Below are positions 1-12,519 of a stretch of DNA of 64,000 bases, one piece after another (the stretch's first letter is position 1; each line of letters begins with the position of its first letter). Origin of the DNA: Octopus sinensis (Eukaryota); contig NC_043023.1 in NCBI RefSeq assembly GCF_006345805.1, forward strand, positions 19,716,001 to 19,780,000. Direction: 5' to 3'. The notes beneath the pieces were generated by a model. It was not told where the DNA came from, ran no database searches, and saw only the letters and a program-made list of their open reading frames with translations. The translations under genes were made by a program, and so were the position numbers.

Positions 1-93
1 TTTGCTCGGGTTATATAAGGGAAGTAACTCTCTAAAAATGCTTATATAGTTATTTCCCTTACAAACCCGAGCAACGCCAGGCGATACTGCTAG
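1..93 (+). mobile_element. 3' end of non-autonomous Helitron-type element
   Basis: Ends CCCGAGCAACGCCAGGCGATACTG-CTAG followed by T; the same end occurs at 18706, 27369 and 28677. Confidence 0.6.
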
Positions 94-218
94 TATATTA
101 TACATATATACGACAGGCTTCTTTCAGTTTCCGGGAACAACGGGAATAAATAAGAACTACACCTGACAGGGCCCAAACATTCTACCTGTTTTATATTCAA
201 ACATGACAACATACGCAC

Positions 219-370
219 CTTTACCAATCTTTGGGTGGAAAGCCAGAGGGTTGCGATCGAGGCAGGCCTTGATGGCGCGGGACCGCTCCTCTTCGTGTTC
301 CAGGTTGTTAGCACAGTTCGTACAGTTGCAGTTGTGACAGAACTCACCATTTGCAAAGCAATCACAATAC
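219..370 (-). CDS. LIN54: LIN54-like exon 8: first CXC domain ([50 protein letters not shown])
   Basis: TTTGCAG acceptor at 371-372, phase matches exon 7. CRC/CXC motif recognised from LIN54/tesmin. Donor AAG|GTGCGT after 219, alternative TTG|GTAAAG after 225. The gene continues past the window start. Confidence 0.93.
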
Positions 371-391
371 CTGCAAATGAAAAGCAAAGCT

Positions 392-1055
392 TCATCATCA
401 TCATCAGCATAATCATAATTGTCGTCGTCATCATCGTCATCATCATCATTGTCAGCGTCATCATCATCATCTTCATGATCGTCATCGTCATCATCATCAT
501 CATCGTTGTCATCATCGTCATCATCATCATTGTCAGCGTCATCATCATCATCTTCATGATCGTCATCGTCATCATCATCATCATCGTGTCATCATCGTCA
601 TCATCATCATTGTCAGCGTCATCATCATCATCTTCATGATCGTCATCGTCATCATCATCATCATCGTCGTCATCATCGTCATCATCATCATTGTCAGCGT
701 CATCATCATCATCGTCGTCATCATCGTCATCATCATCATTGTCAGCGTCATCATCATCATCATCGTCATCATCATCGTCATCATCATCATTGTCAGCGTC
801 ATCATCATCATCTTCATGATCGTCATCGTCATCATCATTGTCAGCGTCATCATCATAATCATCATCATAATCGTCATCATCATCTTCATGATCGTCATTG
901 TCGTCATCGTCATCATCATCATTATCAGCGTCATCATCATCATAATTGTCGTCGTCGTCATCATTATCATCATCATAATCATCATTGTCAGCATCAGCAT
1001 CATCATCGTCGTCATCATCATCATCATAATCATCATCACTACCATTACATCATCA
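392..1055. repeat. Imperfect (ATC/GTC)n trinucleotide tract with about 80-nt higher-order repeats
   Basis: Seen directly; source of the poly-Met and poly-Ile ORFs; intronic. Confidence 0.95.
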
Positions 1056-1057
1056 TC

Positions 1058-1212
1058 CCCAGTGTCCAACTGGTACAGTTTTTAATCGACCCTGAAGCGA
1101 TGAAAGGCAAAGTCGACCTTGGCGGAATTTGAACTCAGAACGTAACGGCAGACGAAATACGGCTACGCATTTCGCCCAGCGTGCCACCAGTTCTGCCGGC
1201 TTGCCGCCTTCT
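1058..1212 (-). mobile_element. tRNA-derived SINE with Nin/Deu-like core, 5' part
   Basis: Minus strand has GGCGGCAAGCCGGCAGAA head, GAGTTCAAATTCC B-box and the GTCGACTTTGCCTTTCATC core shared with many copies in the window. Confidence 0.75.
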
Positions 1213-1295
1213 TCTAGAACTCAGTTTTGCCGACACGGATAAACAACAATGGCAAAAACCTAAGGAAAAAAAATCATAAAACAAAATTTACTTAC

Positions 1296-1367
1296 AGCTT
1301 TAAACACTGAGATTTTGTACAATTACAAGGTTTCCTAGGTCTTGCCCCGGTGGCTTCAATGTTCGTC
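1296..1367 (-). CDS. LIN54: LIN54-like exon 7 (TNIEATGARPRKPCNCTKSQCLKL)
   Basis: TTTACAG acceptor, GTAAGT donor, phases 2/2. RPRKPCNCTKS is the conserved start of LIN54 CXC1. Confidence 0.93.
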
Positions 1368-1476
1368 CTGTAAATGGTAAATATAGGAAAAATTTTAAAA
1401 GCATATGGAATAATCAGAATTAACAAATTCTTGCAGAGAATAGAGCCAAAAGTTAGCCAGCAGGATGAAGGGAAGA

Positions 1477-4400
1477 GTCTTCTATTATAATTCCATTGAC
1501 ATCTTGGATGTTTTATAGGAATATTAAATCTACCCCAGTATATCACTGCTACTTTATTTTATCAACCCCACAACGATGAAAGGTAAAGTTAGTGTCAGTC
1601 TTCTATTATAATTCCATTGACATCTTGGATGTTTTATAGGAATATTAAATCTACCCCAGTATATCACTGCTACTTTATTTTATCAACCCCACAACAATGA
1701 AAGGTAAAGTTAGTGTTAGGCTTCTATTATAATTCCATTGACATCTTGGATGTTTTATAGGAATATTAAATCTACCCCAGTATATCACTGCTACTTTATT
1801 TTATCAACCCCACAACAATGAAAGGTAAAGTTAGTGTTAGTCTTCTATTATAATTCCATTGACATCTCAGATGTTTTATAGGAATATTAAATCTATCCCA
1901 GTATATCACTGCTACTTTATTTTATCAACCCCACAACAATGAAAGGTAAAGTTAGTGTTAGTCTTCTATTATAATTCCATTGAAATCTTGGATGTTTTAT
2001 AGGAATATTAAATCTACCCCAGTATTTCACTGCTACTTTATTTTATCAACCCCACAACAATGAAAGGTAAAGTTAGTGTTAGTCTTCTATTATAATTCCA
2101 TTGACATCTCAGATGTTTTATAGGAATATTAAATCTACCCCAGTATATCACTGCTACTTTATTTTATCAACTCTACAACAATGAAAATAAAGTTAGTGTT
2201 AGTCTTCTATTATAATTCCATTGACATCTTGGATGTTTTATAGGAATATTAAATCTACCCCAGTATTTCACTGCTACTTTATTTTATCAATCCCACAACA
2301 ATGAAAGGTAAAGTTAGTGTAGTCTTCTATTATAATTCCATTGACATCTTGGATGTTTATAGGAATATTAATCTACCCCAGTATTTCACTGCTACTTTAT
2401 TTATCAATCCTACAACAATGAAGGTAAAGTTAGTGTTAGTCTTCTATTATAATTCCATTGACATCTTGGATGTTTTATAGGAATATTAAATCTACCCCAG
2501 TATTTCACTGCTACTACTTTATTTTATCAACCACCCACAACAATAAAAGGTAAGTTAGTGTTAGTCTTCTATTATAATTCCATTGACATCTTGGATGTTT
2601 TATAGGAATATTAAATCTACCCCAGTATTTCACTGCTACTTTATTTTATCAACCCCACAACAATGAAAGGTAAAGTTAGTGTTAGTCTTCTATTATAATT
2701 CCATTGACATCTTGGATGTTTTATAGGAATATTAAATCTACCCCAGTATTTCACTGCTACTTTATTTTATCCACCCCACAACAATAAAAGGTAAGTTAGT
2801 GTTAGTCTTCTATTATAATTCCATTGACATCTTGGATGTTTTAAATAGGAATATTAAATCTACCCCAGTATTTCACTGCTACTTTATTTTATCACCCCAC
2901 AACAATGAAAGGTAAAGTTAGTGTTAGTCTTCAATTATAATTCCATTGACATCTTGGATGTTTTATAGAATATTAAATCTACCCCAGTATATCACTGCTA
3001 CTTTATTTTATCACCAACCCCACAACAATAAAAGGTAAAGTTAGTGTTAGTCTTCTATTATAATTCCATTGACATCTTGGATGTTTTATAGGAATTTAAA
3101 TCTACCCCAGTATATCACTGCTACTTTATTTTATCAACCCCACAACAAAAAAGGTAAAGTTAGTGTTAGTCTTCTATTATAATTCCATTGACATCTTGGA
3201 TGTTTTATAGAATATTAAATCTACCCCAGTATATCACTGCTACTTTATTTTATCAACAACCCACAACATGAAAGGTAAAGTTAGTGTTAGTCTTCTATTA
3301 TAATTCCATTGACATCTTGGATGTTTTATAGGAATATTAAATCTACCCCAGTATATCACTGCTACTTTATTTTATTAACCCCACAACATGAAAGGTAAAG
3401 TTAGTGTTAGTCTTCTATTATAATTCCATTGACATCTCGGATGTTTTATAGGAATATTAAATCTACCCCAGTATATCACTGCTACTTTATTTTATTAACC
3501 CACAACAATGAAAGGTAAAGTTAGTGTTAGTCTTCTATATAATTCCATTGACATCTCGGATGTTTTATAGGAATATTAAATCTACCCAGTATTTCACTGC
3601 TACTTTATTTTATTAACCCCACAACAATGAAAGGTAAAGTTAGTGTTAGTCTTCTATTATAATTCCATTGACATCTTGGATGTTTTATAGGAATATTAAA
3701 TCTACCCCAGTATTTCACTACTACTTTATTTTATTACCCCACAACAATGAAAGGTAAAGTTAGTGTTAGTCTTCATTATAATAATTCCATTGACATCTTG
3801 GATGTTTTATAGGAATATTAAATCTACCCCAGTATTTCACTGCTACTTTATTTTATCAACCCCACAACAATGAAAGGTAAAGTTAGTGTTAGCCTTCTAT
3901 TATAATTCCATTGACATCTCGGATGTTTTATAGGAATATTAAATCTACCCCAGTATATCACTGCTACTTTATTTTATTAACCCCACAACAATGAAAGGTA
4001 AAGTTAGTGTTAATCTTCTATTATAATTCCATTGACATCTCGGATGTTTTATAGGAATATTAAATCTACCCCAGTATTTCACTGCTACTTTATTTTATTA
4101 ACCCCACAACAATGAAAGGTAAAGTTAGTGTTAATCTTCTATATAATTCTATTGACATCTTGGATGTTTTATAGGAATATTAAATCTACCCCAGTATCAC
4201 TGCTACTTTATTTTATCAACCCCACAACAATGAAAGGTAAAGTTAGTGTTAATCTTCTATTATAATTCCATTGACATCTTGGATGTTTTATAGGATATTA
4301 AATATAATCTACCCCAGTATTTCACTGCTACTTTATTTTATTAACCCCACAACAATGAAAGGTAAAGTTAGTGTTAGTCTTCTATTATAATTCCATTGAC

Positions 4401-7400
4401 ATCTCGGATGTTTTATAGGAATATTAAATCTACCCCAGTATTTCACTGCTACTTTATTTTATTAACCCCACAACAATGAAAGGTAAAGTTAGTGTTAGTC
4501 TTCTATTATAATTCCATTGACATCTCAGATGTTTTATAGGAATATTAAATCTACCCCAGTATATCACTGCTACTTTATTTTATCCACCCCACAACAATGA
4601 AAGGTAAAGTTAGTGTTAGTCTTCTATTATAATTCCATTGACATCTTGGATGTTTATAGGATATATTAAATCTACCTCTACCCCAGTATTTCACTGCTAC
4701 TTTATTTTATCAACCCCACAACAATAAAAGGTAAAGTTAGTGTTAGTCTTCTATTATAATTCCATTGACATCTCAGATGTTTTATAGGAATATTAAATCT
4801 ATCCCAGTATATCACTGCTACTTTATTTTATCAACTCTACAACAATGAAAATAAAGTTAGTGTTAGTCTTCTAGTGTAAATCTAGTTAGTGTAAATCTAC
4901 CCCAGTATTTCACTGCTACTTTATTTTATCGATCCCACAACAATGAAAGGTAAAGTTAGTGTTAGTCTTCTATTATAATTCCATTGACATCTTGGATGTT
5001 TTATAGGAATATTAAATCTACCCCAGTATTTCACTGCTACTTTATTTTATCCACCCCACAACAATAAAAGGTAAAGTTAGTGTTAGGCTTCTATTATAAT
5101 TCCATTGACATCTTGGATGTTTTATAGGAATATTAAATCTACCCCAGTATTTCACTGCTACTTTATTTTATCAACCCCACAACAATGAAAGGTAAAGTTA
5201 GTGTTAATCTTCTATTATAATTCCATTGACATCTTGGATGTTTTATAGGAATATTAAATCTACCCCAGTATTTCACTGCTACTTTATTTTATCCACCCCA
5301 CAACAATGAAAGGTAAAGTTAGTGTTAGTCTTCAATTATAATTCCATTGACATCTTGGATGTTTTATAGGAATATTAAATCTACCCCAGTATATCGCTGC
5401 TACTTTATGTTATCCACCCCACAACAATGAAAGGTAAAGTTAGTGTTAGTCTTCTATTATAATTCCATTGACATCTTGGATGTTTTATAGGAATATTAAA
5501 TCTACCCCAGTATTTCACTGCTACTTTATTTTATCCACCCCACAACAATGAAAGGTAAAGTTAGTGTTAATCTTCTATTATAATTCCATTGACATCTTGG
5601 ATGTTTTATAGGAATATTAAATCTACCCCAGTATTTCACTGCTACTTTATTTTATCCACCCCACAACAATGAAAGGTAAAGTTAGTGTTAGTCTTCAATT
5701 ATAATTCCATTGACATCTTGGATGTTTTATAGGAATATTAAATCTACCCCAGTATATCACTGCTACTTTATTTTATCAACCCCACAACAATGAAAGGTAA
5801 AGTTAGAGTTAGTCTTCTATTATAATTCCATTGACATCTCGGATGTTTTATAGGATTCTTAAATCTACCCCAGTATTTCACTGCTACTTTATTTTATCCA
5901 CCCCATAACAATGAAAGGTAAAGTTAGTGTTAGTCTTCAATTATAATTCCATTGACATCTTGGATGTTTTATAGGAATATTAAATCTACCCCAGTATATC
6001 ACTGCTACTTTATTTTATCAACCCCACAACAATGAAAGGTAAAGTTAGAGTTAGTCTTCTATTATAATTCCATTGACATCTTGGATGTTTTATAGGAATA
6101 TTAAATCTACCCCAGTATATCACTGCTACTTTATGTTATCCACCCCACAACAATGAAAGGTAAAGTTAGTGTTAGTCTTCTATTATAATTCCATTGACAT
6201 CTTGGATGTTTTATAGGAATATTAAATCTACCCCAGTATTTCACTGCTACTTTATTTTATCAACCCCACAACAATGAAAGGTAAAGTTAGTGTTAGTCTT
6301 CTATTATAATTCCATTGACATTTTGGATGTTTTATAGGATTCTTAAATCTACCCCAGTATATCACTCCTACTTTATTTTATCAACCCCACAACAATAAAA
6401 GGTAAAGTTAGTGTTAGTCTTCTATTATAATTCCATTGAAATATTGGATGTTTTATAGGAATATTAAATCTACCCCAGTATATCACTGCTACTTTATTTT
6501 ATCAACCCCACAACAATGAAAGGTAAAGTTAGTGTTAGTCTTCTATTATAATTCCATTGACATCTTGGATGTTTTATAGGAATATTAAATCTACCCCAGT
6601 ATATCACTGCTACTTTATTTTATCAACCCCACAACAATGAAAGGTAAAGTTAGTGTTAGTCTTCTATTATAATTCCATTGACATCTCGGATGTTTTATAG
6701 GAATATTAAATCTACCCCAGTATATCACTGCTACTTTATTTTATCAACCCCACAACAATGAAAGGTAAAGTTAGTGTTAGTCTTCTATTATAATTCCATT
6801 GAAATATTGGATGCTTTATAGGAATATTAAATCTACCCCAGTATATCACTGCTACTTCTTTTTCCACACCCCACAACAATGAAAGGTAAAGTTAGTGTTA
6901 GTCTTCTATTATAATTCCATTGACATCTCGGATGTTTTATAGGAATATTAAATCTACCCCAGTATATCACTGCTACTTTATTTTATCAACCCCACAACAA
7001 TGAAAGGTAAAGTTAGTGTTAGTCTTCTATTATAATTCCATTGACATCTTGGATGTTTTATAGGAATATAAATCTACCCCAGTATATCACTGCTACTTTA
7101 TTTTATCAACCCCACAACAATGAAAGGTAAAGTTAGTGTTAGTCTTCTATTATAATTCCATTGACATCTCGGATGTTTTATAGGAATATTAAATCTACCC
7201 CAGTATATCACTGCTACTTTATTTTATCAACCCCACAACAATGAAAGGTAAAGTTAGTGTTAGTCTTCTATTATAATTCCATTGAAATATTGGATGCTTT
7301 ATAGGAATATTAAATCTACCCCAGTATATCACTGCTACTTTCTTTTATCCACCCCACAACAATGAAAGGTAAAGTTAGTGTTAGTCTTCTATTATAATTC

Positions 7401-7480
7401 CATTGACATCTTGGATGTTTTATAGAAATATTCTATATACCCTGGAATTTCACTGCTACTTTATTTTATCCACCCCACAA
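1477..7480. repeat. 121-bp tandem satellite, about 50 copies, filling LIN54 intron 6
   Basis: Unit starts at 1477, 1598 and 1719 give period 121. Central copies are indel-rich. Confidence 0.97.
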
Positions 7481-7495
7481 GGATTTGAGACATAC

Positions 7496-7608
7496 CCATT
7501 GATTGTATTCCGTGCCAGTGTGTTGGCAGTGACGACTGGATTGTTGCTAGCGATGGGGATGAAGTCCTGCTTCAGCTGAGCGTTGACCACAGCTGGACTC
7601 TTGGAATT
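7496..7608 (-). CDS. LIN54: LIN54-like exon 6 (NSKSPAVVNAQLKQDFIPIASNNPVVTANTLARNTING); may extend to 7683
   Basis: Donor GG|GTATGT, phase 2, matches exon 7. AQLKQDFIPIASN resembles human TQLQQSSYVSIASN as recalled. Acceptor is ambiguous (see findings). Confidence 0.75.
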
Positions 7609-7899
7609 CTGGTTAAGAGGTACAGCATGCGTAACCATGGTGATCAATGATGGTGGTTGAGGTGACAGGTAACAGATATGGTACGTGGAAAGAAAGAAGG
7701 GAAAAAAAAATCACTTTATTAGTATCATCATTATTACTATTATCATTGATGGAAACTGGGGGGGGGGAATGAAGAAGAAAAAAAACTTGGCCCAGGAGAG
7801 GAAACAATTACCAAGAACCAATCTGGAAACCCACATAATAATAATAATAATCCTTTCTCTTATAGGTACAAGGCTTGAAATTTGTGTGGGGGGGGGGCA

Positions 7900-8850
7900 G
7901 TTTGTTACATCAATGACAGTACTTGACTGGACCTTAAATTTATCGACCCCCAAAAGGATGAAATGCAAAGTCGACCTCGGCGGAATTTGAACTCAAAATG
8001 TAATGGTAGGCGAAATACCTATTTCTTTATTACCGAGAAGGGGCTAAACACAAAGAGACAAACAAGGACAAACAAGGACAAACGGATTAAGTCGATTATA
8101 TCGACCCCAGTGCGTAACTGGTACTTATTTAGCACGCAAGGCGAAATGCTGAGCGGTATTTCGTCTGCCGCTACGTTCTGAGTTCAAGTTCCGCTGAAGT
8201 CGACTTTGCCTTTCATCCTTTCGAGGTCGATAAATTAAGTATCAGTTACGCATTGGGGTATTTGTAATCGACTCAATCCGTTTGTCCCCTCTGTGTTTAG
8301 CCCTTTGTGGGTAGTAAAGAAATATATATTTCTCTATTACCCACAGGGGCTAAACATAGAGGGGACAAACAAGGACAGAACAACGGATTAAGCCGATTAC
8401 ATCGACCCCAGTGCGAAACTGGTACTTTATTTATCGACCCGGAAAGGATTTGAAAGGCAAAGTCGACCTCGGCGGAATTTGAACTCAGAACGTAACGACA
8501 GACGAAATACCACAAAGCATTTCGCCCGGCGTGCTAACGTTTCTGCCAGCTCGCCGCCTTATATACACATACACTATGTATATATAATGACATGAAGACG
8601 GGAGGCTGGTATGCATGGGCTTAAACAACCATACCCAGACTTGTGCCTTGGGTAGTAAAGAAATAGTAAACAACCATACCCAGACTTGTGCCTTGGGTAG
8701 TAAAGAAATAGGTACTTATTTAATCAACCCCGAAAGGATGGAAGGCAAAGTCGACCTCGGTGGAATTTGAACTCAGAACGTAGCAGTAGACGAAATACCA
8801 CTAAGCATTTCGCCCGGTGTGCTAACGTTTCTGCCAGCTTGCTGCCTTAT
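7900..8850. mobile_element. Cluster of Nin-core SINE copies and fragments in both orientations, with a local duplication
   Basis: Repeated GGATGAAAGGCAAAGTCGACCTCGGCGGAATTTGAACTCAG and its reverse complement. Confidence 0.75.
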
Positions 8851-9010
8851 ATACACATACACTATGTATATATAATGACATGAAGACGGGAGGCTGGTAT
8901 GCATGGGCTTAAACAACCATACCCAGACTTGTGCCTTGGAGGGAAACTTTCTAGGTTCAATCCCATGGTGTTTCATGACCAAAGGAGGCCCTTCACCCTT
9001 TACCCCATGT

Positions 9011-9211
9011 CAGTGCTTTTCAACCTTTTTGCTGGAGCGGAACCCCAAGGAAACATTCCACTGGCTCGAGGAACCCCTGTGCAATAATTTAATAGTCTTA
9101 TGCACACATATCTGCACAGGAGAATTAAAAATTACTGCCGATTTTAGCAGTTTTGTAACTTCTTGCGGAACCCCTGGACTGTACTGGCGGAACCCTGGTT
9201 GAAAACTACTG
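9011..9211. mobile_element. hAT-like MITE
   Basis: TIR CAGTGCTTTTCAACC / GGTTGAAAACTACTG; 8-bp TSD CCCCATGT / CCCTATGT (7 of 8). Confidence 0.8.
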
Positions 9212-9437
9212 CCCTATGTACATATAATGGCATGGAGAGGGGAGGCTGGTATGCATGGGTGACTGCTGGTTTTTTATAAACAAACTTACCTGGACTTGTG
9301 ACTCGGAGGGGAACTGTCTGGGTTCAATTCTATAGTCACCCATGACCAAAGCAAGGCCCTTTACCTTTTTAAATATATATGTATATTATAAATATAAGAG
9401 CATTTGTGTATGTGTGTAGATGCCAACATAATCATAC

Positions 9438-9743
9438 CTGAGGAATCAACGTGGTTATGGCATAACTTTGCCCTGTGTTACCCGACGGAATGAGGGCTGT
9501 GCTAGGCAGGATCTGCGCAAGGGTTGGTGGTCGGGGAGAACTCGTGCCTCCACCAACACCGGCTGTTGGCAGGTTCGGTCGTATCTGCGTGAGGGTGGTG
9601 CCCGGTCCACAGTTGGGGACAATTGACGGCGTGGAAGAAGTGTTGGAGGAGCGGAGGGAGAGCTGAGAGGTGGCTGGTAAAATGATCCGCTGGACAGACG
9701 GGGCGTTTGATGACGTGTGACTCGAGGCGGCTTTCGGCACTCC
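9438..9743 (-). CDS. LIN54: LIN54-like exon 5 (GVPKAASS...VQRIILPATSQ...QIRPNLP...TTLIPQ)
   Basis: CCATTAG acceptor, CAG|GTATGA donor, phase 0/0, 102 codons. QRIILPAT resembles human QRIIMPAT as recalled. Confidence 0.88.
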
Positions 9744-9801
9744 CTAATGGTTGGAAAACAAAAGAAAAAAGAAATAAAACACAAGATTATAGACATATAA
9801 A

Positions 9802-9862
<61 letters not shown>

Positions 9863-10189
9863 CAATTTGCTCTTAGCTTAATTTTTCTTTGGGGCTGGCC
9901 AGATTGGAGTGATCTCAAGTTTAATCAGCCAAAATTGCGAAGATGATCCGGTTCTTGACCGAAGATTAAAGGCTTCGAATGACCCGTCCGTGTTTTTTGT
10001 ATCGTCTATCTGGATGTTTTGCGTTCTTGTCCAATTTTGTATTTATATATATATATATATCACCGTGACCATCGTGACCGACCAGGCCATCAGATGTTGT
10101 TACACATCGCTGGTCACAATGCGCTTTGCATTGTTTTAGCCTTCAAATGACGCCACCCCGCTGGCCAAGCGAGCAGGCCAATATATATA

Positions 10190-10592
10190 TATATATATAC
10201 GCTCTCTTTTACTCTTTTACTTGTTTCAGTCATTTGACTGCGGCCATGCTGGAGCACCGCCTTTAGTCGGGAAAATCGACCCCGGGACTTATTCTTTGTA
10301 AGACCAGTACTTATTCTATCGGTCTCTTTTGCCGAACCGCTAAGTGACAGGGACGTAAACACACCAGCATCGGTTGTCAAGCAATGCTAGGGGGACAAAC
10401 ACACACACACAAACACATATATACATATATACGACAGGCTTCTTTCAGTTTCCGTCTACCAAATCCACTCACAAGGCATTGGTCGGCCCGGGGCTATAGC
10501 AGAAAACACTTGCCCAAGATGCCACGCAGTGGGACTGAACCCGGAACCATGTGGTTGGTTAGCAAGCTACTTACCACACAGCCACTCCTGCG
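10190..10592 (-). mobile_element. Bipartite tRNA-derived SINE (head, internal TA/TG microsatellite, AAAGAGT tail)
   Basis: A-box TGGCTGTGTGG and B-box GGTTCAGTCCC on the minus strand; many near-identical copies in the window. Confidence 0.8.
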
Positions 10593-10785
10593 CCTATATA
10601 TATATATATATTTTTCTATCTTTTTTTTTCTCTCCTTGTTTTTTCTGTGTCCCTTTCTGTGGAAGAGCGTAGGCTCGAAACATAAAAGACTTTTTCTATT
10701 CCTGAGCGTTATACTAATACATGTTTGTTTTCTACACCACCTGTCTTCGTCTTTTGTTTTTTTCGTAAACTCTCCCTATATATCA

Positions 10786-10965
10786 TCATCATCATCATCA
10801 TTGTTTAGCGTCCGTTTTCCATGCTAGCATGGGTTGGACGGTTCAACTGGGGTCTGGGAAGCCAGAAGGCTGCACCAGGCTCCAGTCTGATCTGGCAGTG
10901 TTTCTACAGCTGGATGCCCTTCCTAACGCCAACCACTCCATGAGTGTAGTGGGTGCTTTTATATA

Positions 10966-11010
<45 letters not shown>

Positions 11011-11182
11011 TCATCGTTTAACGTCCGCTTTCCATACTAGCACAGGTTGGACGGTTCAACTGGGGTCTGGGAAGCCAGGAGGCTGCGCCAGGCCCAGTCT
11101 CACCTGGCAGTGTTTCTACAGCTGGATGCCCTTCCTAACGCCAACCACTCCATGAGTGTAGTGGTGCTTTTATATATGTGTG

Positions 11183-11230
<48 letters not shown>

Positions 11231-11397
11231 TCATTGTTTAACGTCCGCTTTCCATACTAGCACAGGTTGGACGGTTCAACTGGGGTCTGGGAAGCCAGGA
11301 GGCTGCGCCAGGCCCAGTCTCACCTGGCAGTGTTTCTACAGCTGGATGCCCTTCCTAACGCCAACCACTCCATGAGTGTAGTGGGTGCTTTTATATA

Positions 11398-11452
<55 letters not shown>

Positions 11453-11760
11453 TCATTGTTTAACGTCCGCTTTCCATACTAGCACAGGTTGGACGGTTCA
11501 ACTGGGGTCTGGGAAGCCAGGAGGCTGCGCCAGGCCCAGTCTCACCTGGCAGTGTTTCTACAGCTGGATGCCCTTCCTAACGCCAACCACTCCATGACTG
11601 GAGTGGGTGCTTTTTATGTGCCACCGGCACAGGTGCCAGACGAGTCTGGCAGACGGCCACGATCGGATTGGTGCTTTTTACGTCCCCCTGCCACGGGGGC
11701 CAGGCAAGGCTGGCAACGGCCACAATCGGATGGTGCTTTTTACGTGATATATATATATAT
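10786..11760 (-). mobile_element. Four tandem copies (about 220 nt) of an RTE-LINE 3' tail separated by (TA)n
   Basis: Repeated CATCAT..GTTTAACGTCCGCTTTCCAT..CTGGATGCCCTTCCTAACGCC; the same tail follows the RTE ORF end at 57050-57612. Confidence 0.8.
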
Positions 11761-11779
11761 ATGTATGTATGTGATTTAC

Positions 11780-12085
11780 ATAGGTACGGCTGTGTGGTAA
11801 GAAGCTTGCTTCCCAACAACATGGTTCCTACTGTGTAGCACCTTGGGCAAGTGTCTTCTACTATTCCCTCAGGGAAACTAGAGCCTTGTGAGAGGATTTG
11901 ATAGGCGGAAACTGAAAGAAGCCTGTCATACGGAGGAGTGGTAAGTAGCTTGCTAACCAACCACATGGTTCCAGGTTCAGTCCCACTGTGTGGCACCTTG
12001 GGCAAGTGTCTTCTACTATAGCCCCGGGCCGACCAATGCCTTGTGAGTGGATTTGATAGACAGAAACTGAAAGAAGCCTGTCGTA

Positions 12086-12155
<70 letters not shown>

Positions 12156-12375
12156 CATGTATGTTTGTGTGTCTGTGTTTGTCCCCCTAGCATTGCTTGA
12201 CAACCGATGCTGGTGTGTTTACATCCGCGTCACTTAGCGGTTCGGCAAAAAGAGACCGATAGAATAAGTACTAGGCTTACAAAGAATAAGTCCCGGGGTC
12301 GATTTGCTCGACTAAAGGCGGTGCTCCAGCATGGCCACAGTCAAATGACTGAAACAACTAAAAGGGTAAAAGAGT
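11780..12375 (+). mobile_element. Bipartite tRNA SINE with duplicated head
   Basis: Same family as 10190-10592 in the opposite orientation. Confidence 0.8.
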
Positions 12376-12519
12376 ATATATATATATATAAGTTCAGCAA
12401 AATTTAGATTCAGATGAATAGGGTACTTAAGTTAAAGGCACCAGAATTTGGTATGGTATTATCCATATAAATCAAATGGGGTGATTATAATCAAAATAAG
12501 CAAGAAAGACACATAAGTA

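Noticed and set aside
90-1085. Poly-Met and poly-Ile ORFs
   Set aside because: Translations of the ATC trinucleotide tract.
1477-7480. CRISPR-like regular array
   Set aside because: Units are contiguous with no unique spacers, there are no cas genes, and the context is a eukaryotic intron.
9945-10010. Hammerhead-like GAAGATGATCCGG..CCG
   Set aside because: No CUGANGA or GAAA core and no stems I or III.
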